A stretch of DNA of 61,196 nt, taken from the NCBI GenBank assembly GCA_038224475.1, contig JBBRFJ010000001.1, positions 1 to 61,196 on the forward strand, in the 5' to 3' direction. Numbering within the stretch: the stretch's first letter is position 1; every line of letters begins with the position of its first letter. This DNA comes from Burkholderiales bacterium. Lineage in GTDB: Bacteria; Pseudomonadota; Gammaproteobacteria; Burkholderiales; Usitatibacteraceae. The notes below the pieces were generated by a model that was not told the DNA's origin, ran no database searches, and saw only the letters and a program-made list of their open reading frames with translations. A program made the translations under genes and the position numbers. Of this stretch, positions 28,766 to 38,064 are shown piece by piece.

Positions 28766-29626
28766 CTAGTCATAAAAACTCGCCTCACCTGGCGGTCGCG
28801 TTTTAAACCGCTTATGCACCCAAAAATATTGGTCGGGCATTTCTAAAATGCGCTCCTCCAAAAAAGCGTTCATACGTCGCGCGTCGGCTGCCGCATCAGC
28901 GCTCGGATAATTGTCCCAGGCAGGATAAAACGTCGCTTCGTAGCCGGTGTCGGTTTGACGGGTGACAAGCGGGATGACTTTGGCACCGGTGATTTCGCAT
29001 AATCGCGAGAGCGCAGTAACGGTGGCGGTTTTGTTGCCAAAAAAATCAACAAAGGCTGCATCTTTTGCGCCGAAATCCATATCGGGTAAATAGTAAAACG
29101 GCTTTTTTTCTTTAAGCGCTTTCAGTACCGGGCGGAGCCCTTGTTGACGCGTCACCAACAACGGTTTGCCGAAGCGCAAACGGGCGCGTCGTAGGGCGTT
29201 ATCGAAGACTTTGCTTTTCTGTTCTGAATACATTGAGAACGCTTCGGGGTATTCATACGAGAAGCGTGCGCCACCGATATCGAGGCCGACAAAATGCGGC
29301 GCCAAGACGATCACCGGAGACTTGCCGCGCCACTCATCCATAAAGTGTTTGTCGATCAGTTTTACGTGGGAAATTGCGTCGTCAACGGGTGCGTACCAGA
29401 GCCTGCCGAGATCCAGTGTGGCGCGCGATAAATGCTGGAATACACCGCGCCCGATGGCTTCACGTTCGGCTTCAGTTTTCTCTGGAAAACATCGCTTTAA
29501 ATTAATCAGCGTCACACGCCGACGGCCCCAGTGAAACAGCAAACTTCCGAGAAAATTGCCGATTGCGCGCACCGCGGCGAGCGGCAGCCAGCGCATGCAC
29601 CAAAGAATTAATAGTGCTGCTCTCAT
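28766..29626 (-). CDS. lipid A biosynthesis (Kdo)2-lipid IVA acyltransferase, LpxL/HtrB family
   Basis: N-terminal anchor, VLAPHFVGLD (HX4D/E-type acyltransferase motif), and C-terminal PDQYFWVHKRFK. Confidence 0.8.
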   Translation of the reverse strand: MRAALLILWCMRWLPLAAVRAIGNFLGSLLFHWGRRRVTLINLKRCFPEKTEAEREAIGRGVFQHLSRATLDLGRLWYAPVDDAISHVKLIDKHFMDEWRGKSPVIVLAPHFVGLDIGGARFSYEYPEAFSMYSEQKSKVFDNALRRARLRFGKPLLVTRQQGLRPVLKALKEKKPFYYLPDMDFGAKDAAFVDFFGNKTATVTALSRLCEITGAKVIPLVTRQTDTGYEATFYPAWDNYPSADAAADARRMNAFLEERILEMPDQYFWVHKRFKTRPPGEASFYD

Positions 29627-29748
29627 TCGAACAAAGCCCAGTATCGGCGGGCCCAGCAGAGCAAAAATGGCTGTTGAGCTCCGCCAATGCTGGGGTTACG
29701 ATTTTTACATCTGATGTATTTCATTGTGCTCTGTCTACATTACGACGT

Positions 29749-30774
29749 TCATATTGCGTCGTTTATTGCGGCTGGAGGAAGCGGCGCGCCGGCCGGATGT
29801 TTGTACCGATTGTAGCCCCACAAATATTGCTGGGGGCACATCAGGATCAGTTTTTCAACCATCGCATTGGTTTGCCGTGCCGCAACATTTTTGTCCGTTG
29901 AAAATGGTTTGGTCATCGGCAGAATATGCATTTTATAACCCCTGCCTCGGGAAAGCCGTTCAGCGAAAAAAAACAGCACCGTGGCCTGAGTGGTTTCCGC
30001 CAATCGTGGCAGTAGCGTCATGGTGTAGGCAGGCCGAGAAAAAAAGTTTGCCCACACCCCGTCCGCTTTGCCGGTTTGAGCCGCAGGGACTTGATCCGGC
30101 AGCAGAACAATGTTGCCGCCTTGCTTGAGCGTTTTGAGCAAGATGCGAACACCTGATGCATCGGCTCTGGCGGTTGAGCCTTCGCCTCGAACGCGTCCTG
30201 CCTGCATCAGCGGTTCCAGCCACGCTTGCTTCGGGCTTTGATACAGCGCGACAACCGGAATGCGGCTTTCGAGATAGCGTCCGCCAATGTCGTAGCAGCC
30301 CAAATGCGGGGTTACAAAAATAATGGCTCGTTCGGCGGACTTTGCTGCCGCAACATGCTCCCATCCGTCGCATTCACGCACCAGCGAGTACAAGGTTTTT
30401 ATGCGAGCCGTCCAGGCTATTGCAAGTTCGCTCACGCCGCGCCCTTGCTCGGCAATCACCGCGCTTAATGTGGTTTGAGTGCTGCCCGTGGCGGCTAAAA
30501 ATTGTGCAAAATTTTCGCGCGTGATCCGGCGATGGCGCGGCGACAGGCACCAAACCAGCCAGCCCAGCAACGCGCCCAGCGCGTGATTGATGCGCAGCGG
30601 CAGTGCGCCGGCAGCGCGAAACAAAAATATCTTTAGCGCGGTCAAAATCGGGCTAATGGAAAAGCGGTTGGTGGCGTTGAAGTGGAAACGGCCGGCACGG
30701 AGAAGGTAACGCAAAAAGCAGGGGATGCGAATGTGCAATAGACGATGTGCCGAACATCCCAGCGTGCTCATCAT
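29749..30774 (-). CDS. LpxL/MsbB-family lipid A acyltransferase, second paralog; start uncertain
   Basis: FVTPHLGCYD motif and C-terminal PQQYLWGYNRYK. The track N-terminus is about 40 aa longer than is typical. Confidence 0.7.
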   Translation of the reverse strand: MMSTLGCSAHRLLHIRIPCFLRYLLRAGRFHFNATNRFSISPILTALKIFLFRAAGALPLRINHALGALLGWLVWCLSPRHRRITRENFAQFLAATGSTQTTLSAVIAEQGRGVSELAIAWTARIKTLYSLVRECDGWEHVAAAKSAERAIIFVTPHLGCYDIGGRYLESRIPVVALYQSPKQAWLEPLMQAGRVRGEGSTARADASGVRILLKTLKQGGNIVLLPDQVPAAQTGKADGVWANFFSRPAYTMTLLPRLAETTQATVLFFFAERLSRGRGYKMHILPMTKPFSTDKNVAARQTNAMVEKLILMCPQQYLWGYNRYKHPAGAPLPPAAINDAI

Positions 30775-30871
30775 TTAAGCACGTCATAAACATCGGGCAT
30801 TGGTCGAGTTTCAGGATTCTGCTAATATTCATGGTTATGCAAGACTTTTTAACGACTGTGGGGATACCCAA

Positions 30872-32068
30872 ATGAATGACTATTTATTTACTTCTGAATC
30901 CGTTTCGGAAGGCCATCCAGACAAAGTAGCAGACCAAGTTTCGGATGCCATTCTGGATGCAATTTTAGCCCAAGACCCGCGTTCACGGGTGGCCGCAGAG
31001 ACACTGTGCAACACCGGACTCGTGGTGCTTGCCGGCGAAATCACCACTACTGCGAATGTTGATTACATCGGCGTTGCACGCGATACCATCAAGCGTATTG
31101 GTTACGACAATACCGATTACGGGATCGATTATCGCGGCTGCGCGGTCATGGTTTGCTATGACAAACAAAGCCCGGATATCGCGCAGGGCGTGGACAATGC
31201 GCAGGATAACAATCTTGATCAGGGTGCCGGCGACCAAGGCTTGATGTTTGGTTATGCATGCGATGAAACGTCGGTACTGATGCCAGCACCGATTCACTTC
31301 GCGCATCGCCTGGTGCAGCGCCAGTCAGAATTGCGCAAAGATGGCCGTTTGCCATGGCTTCGCCCGGATGCAAAATCACAAGTGACGATGCGTTATGTGG
31401 ATGGTAAGCCGCATTCGGTCGACACCGTGGTGCTATCCACCCAGCATTCGCCCGAGATGTCGCAAAAAGACATTCATGAAGCCGTGGTTGAAATGATCAT
31501 CAAGCCAGTATTGCCCAAAGCGTGGTTGCAAGACACGCGTTACTTGGTAAACCCCACCGGCCGCTTTGTGGTGGGCGGACCACAAGGCGATTGTGGTTTG
31601 ACGGGCCGCAAAATTATTGTAGACACCTATGGCGGCGCGTGCCCGCATGGCGGTGGCGCGTTTTCGGGCAAGGATCCATCAAAGGTAGATCGCTCTGCGG
31701 CCTATGCGGCGCGGTATGTGGCAAAAAATATTGTTGCCGCCGGATTGGCGCGTCAGTGTCAGATTCAGGTCGCGTACGCGATTGGTGTTGCCAAGCCGAT
31801 GAACATCACGGTTTATACCGAAGGCACTGGTGTTGTTTCAGATGAGGAAATTGCCAAGATTGTGGCTGCGCATTTTGACTTGCGCCCGAAAGGCATCGTA
31901 CAGATGCTTGATCTATTAAAGCCTATTTACCAAAAGACCGCGGCCTATGGTCACTTTGGTCGCGAAGAGCCGGAGTTTTCATGGGAGCGCACGGATAAAG
32001 TCGCCGCCCTGCGTGAGGCGGCGGGATTAAAGGGTGCAGCTAAAGTTCGTGAGCCGGCGAACGTTTAG
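30872..32068 (+). CDS. metK: S-adenosylmethionine synthetase
   Basis: Trimmed to [34 protein letters not shown] and GGGAFSGKD motifs. Confidence 0.95.
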   Translation: MNDYLFTSESVSEGHPDKVADQVSDAILDAILAQDPRSRVAAETLCNTGLVVLAGEITTTANVDYIGVARDTIKRIGYDNTDYGIDYRGCAVMVCYDKQSPDIAQGVDNAQDNNLDQGAGDQGLMFGYACDETSVLMPAPIHFAHRLVQRQSELRKDGRLPWLRPDAKSQVTMRYVDGKPHSVDTVVLSTQHSPEMSQKDIHEAVVEMIIKPVLPKAWLQDTRYLVNPTGRFVVGGPQGDCGLTGRKIIVDTYGGACPHGGGAFSGKDPSKVDRSAAYAARYVAKNIVAAGLARQCQIQVAYAIGVAKPMNITVYTEGTGVVSDEEIAKIVAAHFDLRPKGIVQMLDLLKPIYQKTAAYGHFGREEPEFSWERTDKVAALREAAGLKGAAKVREPANV

Positions 32069-32094
32069 CAACCGGTTTATCGCGGTTATAAACC

Positions 32095-32131
32095 AAAAGA
32101 GCGCGATCAAAGTTGACCGCGCTCTTTTTTT
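32095..32131 (+). terminator. intrinsic terminator after metK
   Basis: AGAGCGCG (32098-32105), 12-nt loop, CGCGCTCT (32118-32125), followed by T7. Confidence 0.8.
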
Positions 32132-32199
32132 CGTCTTTTGTTCTCGCTTGTTGCGTAAGGCGGCGCGCCTTGCGAGCCATCGCAACCCCGTTTATAGTA

Positions 32200-32595
32200 A
32201 TGGCACATAAGAATTGTCCGATAAAAGATTTAGCGGATACCCTTCATAAGATTAATTTCCGCGGTCCCTCGGAGGGACGACATATCATTGACGGGGAGAA
32301 CTACTTGGATCCAGAACAATTAAAACTTTTAGCCCACCTTAAAGTTAGCTCTAAAAAAGCTGGCTTCGATCTGGATTTATCAAAGCTGGTGGCGGATCGC
32401 GACTATGCGATTGGACGACTCGATGAATTTGCTTCCTCGGATAGCGAAGAGCTGATATTAGCTTCATTGATGGTAAAAGATAAGCTTGGTTTGATGCCGA
32501 CACCGGCGGCACCAGTAGCTGTTGTTGAGGTGAAAGCGGTTGATGAAGGCGCCAAGAAAGACGCTGAAAAATATAAATTTGGACCGAGGGGCTGA
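32200..32595 (+). CDS. hypothetical protein
   Basis: Trimmed to MAHKNCPIKD because the track start at 32113 lies inside the metK terminator. 131 aa, acidic, no motif recognised. Confidence 0.5.
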   Translation: MAHKNCPIKDLADTLHKINFRGPSEGRHIIDGENYLDPEQLKLLAHLKVSSKKAGFDLDLSKLVADRDYAIGRLDEFASSDSEELILASLMVKDKLGLMPTPAAPVAVVEVKAVDEGAKKDAEKYKFGPRG

Positions 32596-32771
32596 GTTTT
32601 TATTTTGTGTTTTGGTTGATACTTGATTGCGCTGCGCAAGAGCTGCGTTTGGCAGGCACAGCGCCCCGCAGTCACCGCTTTAATTTGCCCAAATTAGTGA
32701 CTGCTAACTGAGTGGCGGCTGCAATCTCACGCAGCCGCGCAAAAAAATTAGAATTCGTTTATACTTGAACG

Positions 32772-32848
32772 GGTCGAGGGGCGCTGCGATTACACCTTCA
32801 TAGCAATTTAGGTCTAACCAGGCTCGACAAGATCACAACGGCGCCCGC
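32772..32848 (+). promoter_or_regulatory. SAH (S-adenosylhomocysteine) riboswitch aptamer
   Basis: TCGAGGGGCGCTGCGAT ... CCAGGCTCGAC ... AACGGCGCCC matches the remembered SAH-element core (GAGGAGCGCUGCGA / CAGGCUCG / AACGGCGCUC) with a compensatory GGGC/GCCC change. It sits directly upstream of ahcY. Confidence 0.75.
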
Positions 32849-32877
32849 AATCTTGAATGGTTGCGGGCGCTTTTTTT
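32841..32877 (+). terminator. riboswitch expression-platform terminator
   Basis: GCGCCCGCAA (32841-32850) pairs perfectly with TTGCGGGCGC (32861-32870) and is followed by T7. The 5' arm shares nucleotides with the aptamer 3' strand. Confidence 0.8.
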
Positions 32878-32964
32878 CGTCTGCAATTTATTCGCGACGG
32901 AACCGTCAAGCAATTTGCACACATCTATCTCCGCTATCCTGCGGCACACGCTAAGGACAACAAC

Positions 32965-34392
32965 ATGAACGCAATTTTGAAACCGAAAAATCTTATCAAC
33001 AACGATTACTACGTTGCTGATCTAAATCTGGCCGAATGGGGCCGCAAAGAAATTAAAATCGCTGAAACCGAAATGCCGGGTTTGACGATGATTCGCGACG
33101 AATTCGCAGCCGCGCAGCCCCTCAAAGGCGCGCGGGTTACCGGCTCATTGCACATGACGATTCAAACCGCCGTGCTGATCCAAACCCTAGAAGCCTTGGG
33201 CGCGGAAGTGCGCTGGGCATCATGCAATATTTACTCCACACAAGATCATGCTGCAGCGGCCATCGCCGAAGCCGGCACACCGGTATTTGCTTACAAGGGT
33301 GAATCCCTTGAAGAATATTGGGATTTCACGCACCGCATTTTCGAATGGCAAGACGGCGGCTACACGAATATGATTCTGGATGATGGCGGCGATGCAACCT
33401 TGCTGCTGCACATCGGCACTAGAGCCGAAAAAGATTTGTCGGTGCTGGCGAATCCGGGTGCGGAAGAAGAGCGTATTTTGTTCGCCGCGATCAAGGCCAA
33501 ACTACTCAAAGACCCGACATGGTATTCAACACGCCTTGCCAAAATCAAGGGCGTTACTGAAGAGACCACCACCGGCGTGATGCGTTTGTATCAGATGCAC
33601 AAAGACGGCAAGTTGGCGTTCCCGGCAATCAACGTTAATGATTCCGTCACCAAGTCAAAATTTGATAATTTGTATGGCTGCCGCGAATCGCTGGTTGACG
33701 CGATCAAGCGCGCCACCGACGTGATGATCGCGGGTAAGGTTGCCGTGGTCGCGGGTTATGGCGACGTGGGCAAGGGCTCTGCACAAGCACTGCGCGCATT
33801 GTCTGCACAAGTCTGGGTTACGGAAATCGATCCTATCTGTGCGTTGCAAGCTGCCATGGAAGGCTACCGCGTGGTAACGATGGATTACGCCGCGGACAAG
33901 GCTGATATTTTCGTGACCGCGACTGGCAATTACCACATCATCACCTTCGAGCACATGGCGAAAATGAAGAACGAAGCGATCGTTTGTAATATCGGTCACT
34001 TTGATAACGAGATTGATGTTGCCACCATCGAGCAGAAATGTAAGTGGGAAGAGATCAAGCCGCAAGTTGATCACGTGATTTTCCCGGATGGAAAGAAAAT
34101 TACACTGCTGGCAAAAGGTCGCTTGGTCAATCTGGGTTGTGGCACGGGCCACCCCAGCTATGTGATGGCATCATCGTTCGCGAATCAGGTGATCGCGCAA
34201 ATGGAACTATTCGGCAACACCGCGAAATACCCCATCGGCGTTTACACGCTACCGAAGCATCTTGACGAGAAGGTCGCACGCTTGCAACTCACAAAATTGA
34301 ACGCGCAATTGACACAACTGAGCGAAGAGCAGGCTGCTTACATTAATGTGTCGACACAAGGTCCGTATAAGGGCGACACTTATCGTTATTAA
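32965..34392 (+). CDS. ahcY: adenosylhomocysteinase
   Basis: Trimmed to MNAILKPKN...[26 protein letters not shown] with AAGGA upstream. NAD-binding motif [11 protein letters not shown]. Confidence 0.95.
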   Translation: MNAILKPKNLINNDYYVADLNLAEWGRKEIKIAETEMPGLTMIRDEFAAAQPLKGARVTGSLHMTIQTAVLIQTLEALGAEVRWASCNIYSTQDHAAAAIAEAGTPVFAYKGESLEEYWDFTHRIFEWQDGGYTNMILDDGGDATLLLHIGTRAEKDLSVLANPGAEEERILFAAIKAKLLKDPTWYSTRLAKIKGVTEETTTGVMRLYQMHKDGKLAFPAINVNDSVTKSKFDNLYGCRESLVDAIKRATDVMIAGKVAVVAGYGDVGKGSAQALRALSAQVWVTEIDPICALQAAMEGYRVVTMDYAADKADIFVTATGNYHIITFEHMAKMKNEAIVCNIGHFDNEIDVATIEQKCKWEEIKPQVDHVIFPDGKKITLLAKGRLVNLGCGTGHPSYVMASSFANQVIAQMELFGNTAKYPIGVYTLPKHLDEKVARLQLTKLNAQLTQLSEEQAAYINVSTQGPYKGDTYRY

Positions 34393-34453
34393 TGACGAAA
34401 CTGATTGTTATTAACCACGTTGGTTGATTCGCAATTTAAGTGACGTAAAAATT

Positions 34454-34487
34454 ACGCCGGTCGTCGATAAGACTGCCGGCGTTTTTT
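34454..34487 (+). terminator. intrinsic terminator after ahcY
   Basis: ACGCCGG, 15-nt loop, CCGGCGT, followed by T6. Confidence 0.75.
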
Positions 34488-34630
34488 ATGAGTGCTCGTA
34501 AAACAGTGGCGTGAATTTAAAGTTTGTGCAGTAGTCGGCTCCGTATTCCGCAGGAGAAGTTACTGGCATGGTCGCATTTGATCGTCAGACTTTGCGCAAT
34601 ATCATTTGGTGCAAACGCAAGGAAATAGTC

Positions 34631-35470
34631 ATGCAAAAAGATTTCGAAAAAAAATTTAGTTTTGAATTTTTCCCGCCTAAAACACCCGAAGGTGTCGCCA
34701 AACTACGCGAGACCCGGATGCAGCTTGCCCAGCTGAAACCTTCGTTTTTCTCGGTTACATTCGGTGCGGGCGGCTCCACGCAGGATGGCACGCTTTCCAC
34801 CGTGCTGGAGATTCAGTCGGAAGGCTATGAAGCGGCACCCCATCTTTCATGTATCGGTTCAACCCGTAACAGCATTCGAGAAATATTAAATCAATATAAG
34901 GCGGGCGGCATCAATCACATTGTCGCGTTGCGGGGTGATCTGCCGTCCGGTATGGCGGTAGCGGGCGAGCTTGGTCATGCCAGCGACTTAGTGAAATTTA
35001 TTCGCAGTGAGCATGGCGATCACTTTGCGATTGAAGTAGCGGCATATCCTGAATATCATCCTCAAGCCCGCAGTCCACAAGAAGACTTACGTCGCTTTTG
35101 CGAAAAAGTGGCAGCAGGCGCAAATTCCGCAATGACGCAATATTTTTACACCGCCGACGCCTATTTTCATTTTGTGGATCAGGTGGAGGCCAAAGGCATT
35201 GATATTCCAATCGTGCCCGGGGTGATGCCGATTGGCAGTTTTTCGCAATTGGCACGTTTTTCCGATGCCTGTGGCGCTGAGATACCGCGCTGGATTCGCC
35301 GCAAGATGGAGGGTTTTGGCGACGACACTGCGTCGATCCGCGCGTTTGGGCTTGATGTGGTGACCGACATGTGTGAAAAATTGCTGGCTGGCGGCGCGCC
35401 AGGCTTGCACTTCTACACGCTTAATCAGGCGGGCCTGCCGTCAACTATCTGGAAGCGATTGGGTATTTAA
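34631..35470 (+). CDS. metF: methylenetetrahydrofolate reductase
   Basis: Trimmed to MQKDFEKKFSFEFFPPKT with AAGGA upstream. SVTFGAGGST motif. Confidence 0.93.
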   Translation: MQKDFEKKFSFEFFPPKTPEGVAKLRETRMQLAQLKPSFFSVTFGAGGSTQDGTLSTVLEIQSEGYEAAPHLSCIGSTRNSIREILNQYKAGGINHIVALRGDLPSGMAVAGELGHASDLVKFIRSEHGDHFAIEVAAYPEYHPQARSPQEDLRRFCEKVAAGANSAMTQYFYTADAYFHFVDQVEAKGIDIPIVPGVMPIGSFSQLARFSDACGAEIPRWIRRKMEGFGDDTASIRAFGLDVVTDMCEKLLAGGAPGLHFYTLNQAGLPSTIWKRLGI

Positions 35471-35636
35471 GGCTCTTACGCGTGTGCCATACAGCTGCAC
35501 CGTGGCTGCATAAAGGCCAAATCAAACACCGAACAGATGGCATTTTCACTCAATACCCTATTGACGGGATAGGCATGGCACGCCTAATGTGAGACCTTAC
35601 CCACTATAAGAATATGTTTTTTGGGAGGCGGCGCGC

Positions 35637-36242
35637 ATGAAAAGTTTCCATCTTGTTTGGTTCACGCTGTTGGGCATACTCGCGTTTGCGCTGTTGCCGC
35701 ATTCAGTCTACGCTGAAGAAACCAGCCTCACTAATCGCCAGACAGAGCTGCGGCAGGCACCCGATGATTCGGCGACGCTCATTCGCGTGCTGGCAGAAAA
35801 AACGCCCACCCAAATTCTGGAACGACGCGGCGCCTGGAGCCGTGTGAAGATAGTAAAAAGTAACGATATCGGCTGGGTGCGCATGATGCACCTCAGAGGT
35901 GGCGCGACTGTGGTGGAAAATGAATCATCGGGCGGTTTCTTCGCGAGCTTTAACCGTCTGCTGTCCGGTAATTCGCGCAGTAACACCCGCGGCCAAAGCG
36001 CGACTGTGGGTATTCGCGGTTTCTCACGTGAAGATGTGGAGCGTGCGCAGCTGAATCCTGCTGAGTTTGAAAAGCTAACGCGTTTTCAGGCCAGTCAGGC
36101 CGATGCAGATCGCTTCGCCATACAAGGACGCCTGGCTTTCCGCCGTGTCGCCTATCTTGCACAAGACGCGATCGACGATGCGAACGTGGCCAACCCCAGC
36201 GGGACAAGTAGCAGCACCAACAGCCGGGGAGAAAAGAAATGA
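35637..36242 (+). CDS. SH3-domain secreted protein
   Basis: Signal peptide, then a bacterial SH3-like segment LRQAPDDSATLIRVLAEKTPTQILERRGAWSRVKI...GWVRMMHL. Confidence 0.65.
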   Translation: MKSFHLVWFTLLGILAFALLPHSVYAEETSLTNRQTELRQAPDDSATLIRVLAEKTPTQILERRGAWSRVKIVKSNDIGWVRMMHLRGGATVVENESSGGFFASFNRLLSGNSRSNTRGQSATVGIRGFSREDVERAQLNPAEFEKLTRFQASQADADRFAIQGRLAFRRVAYLAQDAIDDANVANPSGTSSSTNSRGEKK

Positions 36243-37216
36243 GCAAAATCTTTTCAACACTGCTGCTCGGCTCGGTCGTCATCGTTGTCTTCGGTTGCGC
36301 AGGGATGCCTGCGCTAAATAATTTGCCCGGGAGCAGAAGCGGCATTGGCGGCATGATTCCGAGCGTCGATACGATTTCTTCCATCGCAAAATCAGGCACG
36401 GAAGCGTTCAGGGAGTTTTCTGAAGCCGAAGAAATTTCGCTGGGCGAGCAGTTAATGTCGGGCATTTTAGGTGCCACACCGTTATATGACAGTGACCGTA
36501 TTCAGCGCTATGTTAATCAAGTCGGCCGCGTCATCGCGTCGCGCTCGGAGCGCCCGAATTTGCCGTGGCGTTTTGCAGTGCTGGATTCGCCACTCGCCAA
36601 TGCCGGCGCGGCCCCTGGCGGACAGATATACATCACCACTGGCCTACTTTTTAGAATGCGTTCCGAGGCCGAATTAGCCGGTGCATTAGCGCATGAAGTC
36701 GCCCATGTGGTGCAAAAACATCAGCTAAAGGCGTATCAGAAAAAGTTGAAAGGCAATGCGCTTTTCACCATTGGTGGAGCGGTCGTCGATGCCAAGGCAA
36801 AAACCGGCGTTTTAGGGAAAGAAGCGATAAAGATCGGTATCGGCGAAGCGAAGTCCATGATCTTGCTGTCGCTTGATCGCGACGAAGAATACCAGGCGGA
36901 CCGCATGGGCATGGTGCTCGCTGCACGCGCAGGATACGACCCCTACGGCTTGCCGACCGTCATCCAGATTTTGCAAGATATCAGCGCCGAACAAAGCGGG
37001 CTTAGCCTGCTCTATTCCACTCATCCTGCGCCCGCTGACCGGTTGCTGGAGTTGGATCGTAGTCTCAGCAAACAGATGGAAAACTACAGCAGTCAGGCAA
37101 CGCTGCGTGATCGCTTCGCCACCATGATTCTAGGCTCGCAGCCGAAGGCCTCAACCTCTACAATCGACTCCGCTAAAAAGCCGCCGGTGAAAAAAGTGGT
37201 TCCGGCGAAGCCATGA
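36239..37216 (+). CDS. M48-family metalloprotease lipoprotein
   Basis: Lipobox VVFGC, zinc motif HEVAHVVQKH, downstream EYQADRMG. Confidence 0.85.
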   Translation: MSKIFSTLLLGSVVIVVFGCAGMPALNNLPGSRSGIGGMIPSVDTISSIAKSGTEAFREFSEAEEISLGEQLMSGILGATPLYDSDRIQRYVNQVGRVIASRSERPNLPWRFAVLDSPLANAGAAPGGQIYITTGLLFRMRSEAELAGALAHEVAHVVQKHQLKAYQKKLKGNALFTIGGAVVDAKAKTGVLGKEAIKIGIGEAKSMILLSLDRDEEYQADRMGMVLAARAGYDPYGLPTVIQILQDISAEQSGLSLLYSTHPAPADRLLELDRSLSKQMENYSSQATLRDRFATMILGSQPKASTSTIDSAKKPPVKKVVPAKP

Positions 37217-37574
37217 GCCGATGAGTTCGCAATTGAGTAGCGATGACTAATCAGCGTGGTTAGAGGGGTTGCTGAGTCTCGAGCCCACGTGAACGCCTTG
37301 CGTTTGCCCGACTAAAACTCTCGGTCGGGCGCGGTATCTCGAAGAATGCCAAGATTATTCATTGGCTGGCGACCGTTTGAACCGCGATCAGCTGTGAAAC
37401 GTAACGCTAGTACTGAAGCGCGTCTTCAGGTATTTCTGCTTGTAATTGCTCGCCAATGCTCGTGTTTCAATTTGCCCCACAAATTCTGCATTTCATCGTT
37501 TCTGACTTTTAGATCACGTCTGTGTGCACCAGAATCCCATCATCAACACATCATAAACAACACGGGAGCAGAAC

Positions 37575-37973
37575 ATGGGATCGTCAACAGGTCGTAAGGT
37601 CATTTTTGGAGTCCTCATATTGATAGCCATTGCGGTGGCAGCGGTCGCACTGTCAGCTTGGCTGGCAGGTTCGGTTGACCCGGGCACCTTGGTCTGGTTT
37701 GATGAAGATATTTCTGACTCCGCGCTCGGCTGGGCAATTGCGGTTCCGGTATTGGTGCTGACCGCGATTCTCGTCGCCTTCGTTCTGGCGGGCACCGGCG
37801 TGATGGTGGTTGGAGCGCTGGCCGTTGCGGCGGTGGCATCTATCGTAGCGGTGCTATTCGCGTTGTTGATGGTGTTTCTACCGTTTGCGATATTTATTGC
37901 CATCCCGATCTTGGCGGTGGTCGGCCTGATCAAGCTTATGTCAAAACCCGCGCGAGCAGTAAATGCGAATTAA
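37575..37973 (+). CDS. hypothetical membrane protein
   Basis: 132 aa with three or four strongly hydrophobic Ala/Val/Leu-rich helices. Confidence 0.55.
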   Translation: MGSSTGRKVIFGVLILIAIAVAAVALSAWLAGSVDPGTLVWFDEDISDSALGWAIAVPVLVLTAILVAFVLAGTGVMVVGALAVAAVASIVAVLFALLMVFLPFAIFIAIPILAVVGLIKLMSKPARAVNAN

Positions 37974-38008
37974 CCGATTGCAGCGCGAACGCCTTTTTTT
38001 GCAACGAT

Positions 38009-38044
38009 AAAAAAGCCGCCAGGTTTTCACTCGACGGCTTTTTT
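38009..38044. terminator. bidirectional terminator between convergent genes
   Basis: AAAAAAGCCG ... CGGCTTTTTT, with an A-run and a T-run flanking the stem. Confidence 0.6.
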
Positions 38045-38064
38045 GATGCAGATTAAAGTTTGGC

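Noticed and set aside
30775-30871. Possible SAM riboswitch in the metK leader
   Set aside because: The leader is only about 97 nt, AT-rich, and has no SAM-I, SAM-II or SAM-SAH-like conserved strands that I can recognise.
32714-32747. Hairpin GGCGGCTGC...GCAGCCGC followed by A7, considered as a terminator for the 32200-32595 gene
   Set aside because: The A-run follows the stem on the plus strand, so a T-run precedes it on the minus strand. Neither orientation gives a stem followed by a U-tract.
37346-37597. 83-aa plus-strand ORF upstream of the 37575 membrane protein
   Set aside because: Its composition is poor, it has no RBS, and it overlaps the better-supported downstream ORF start.
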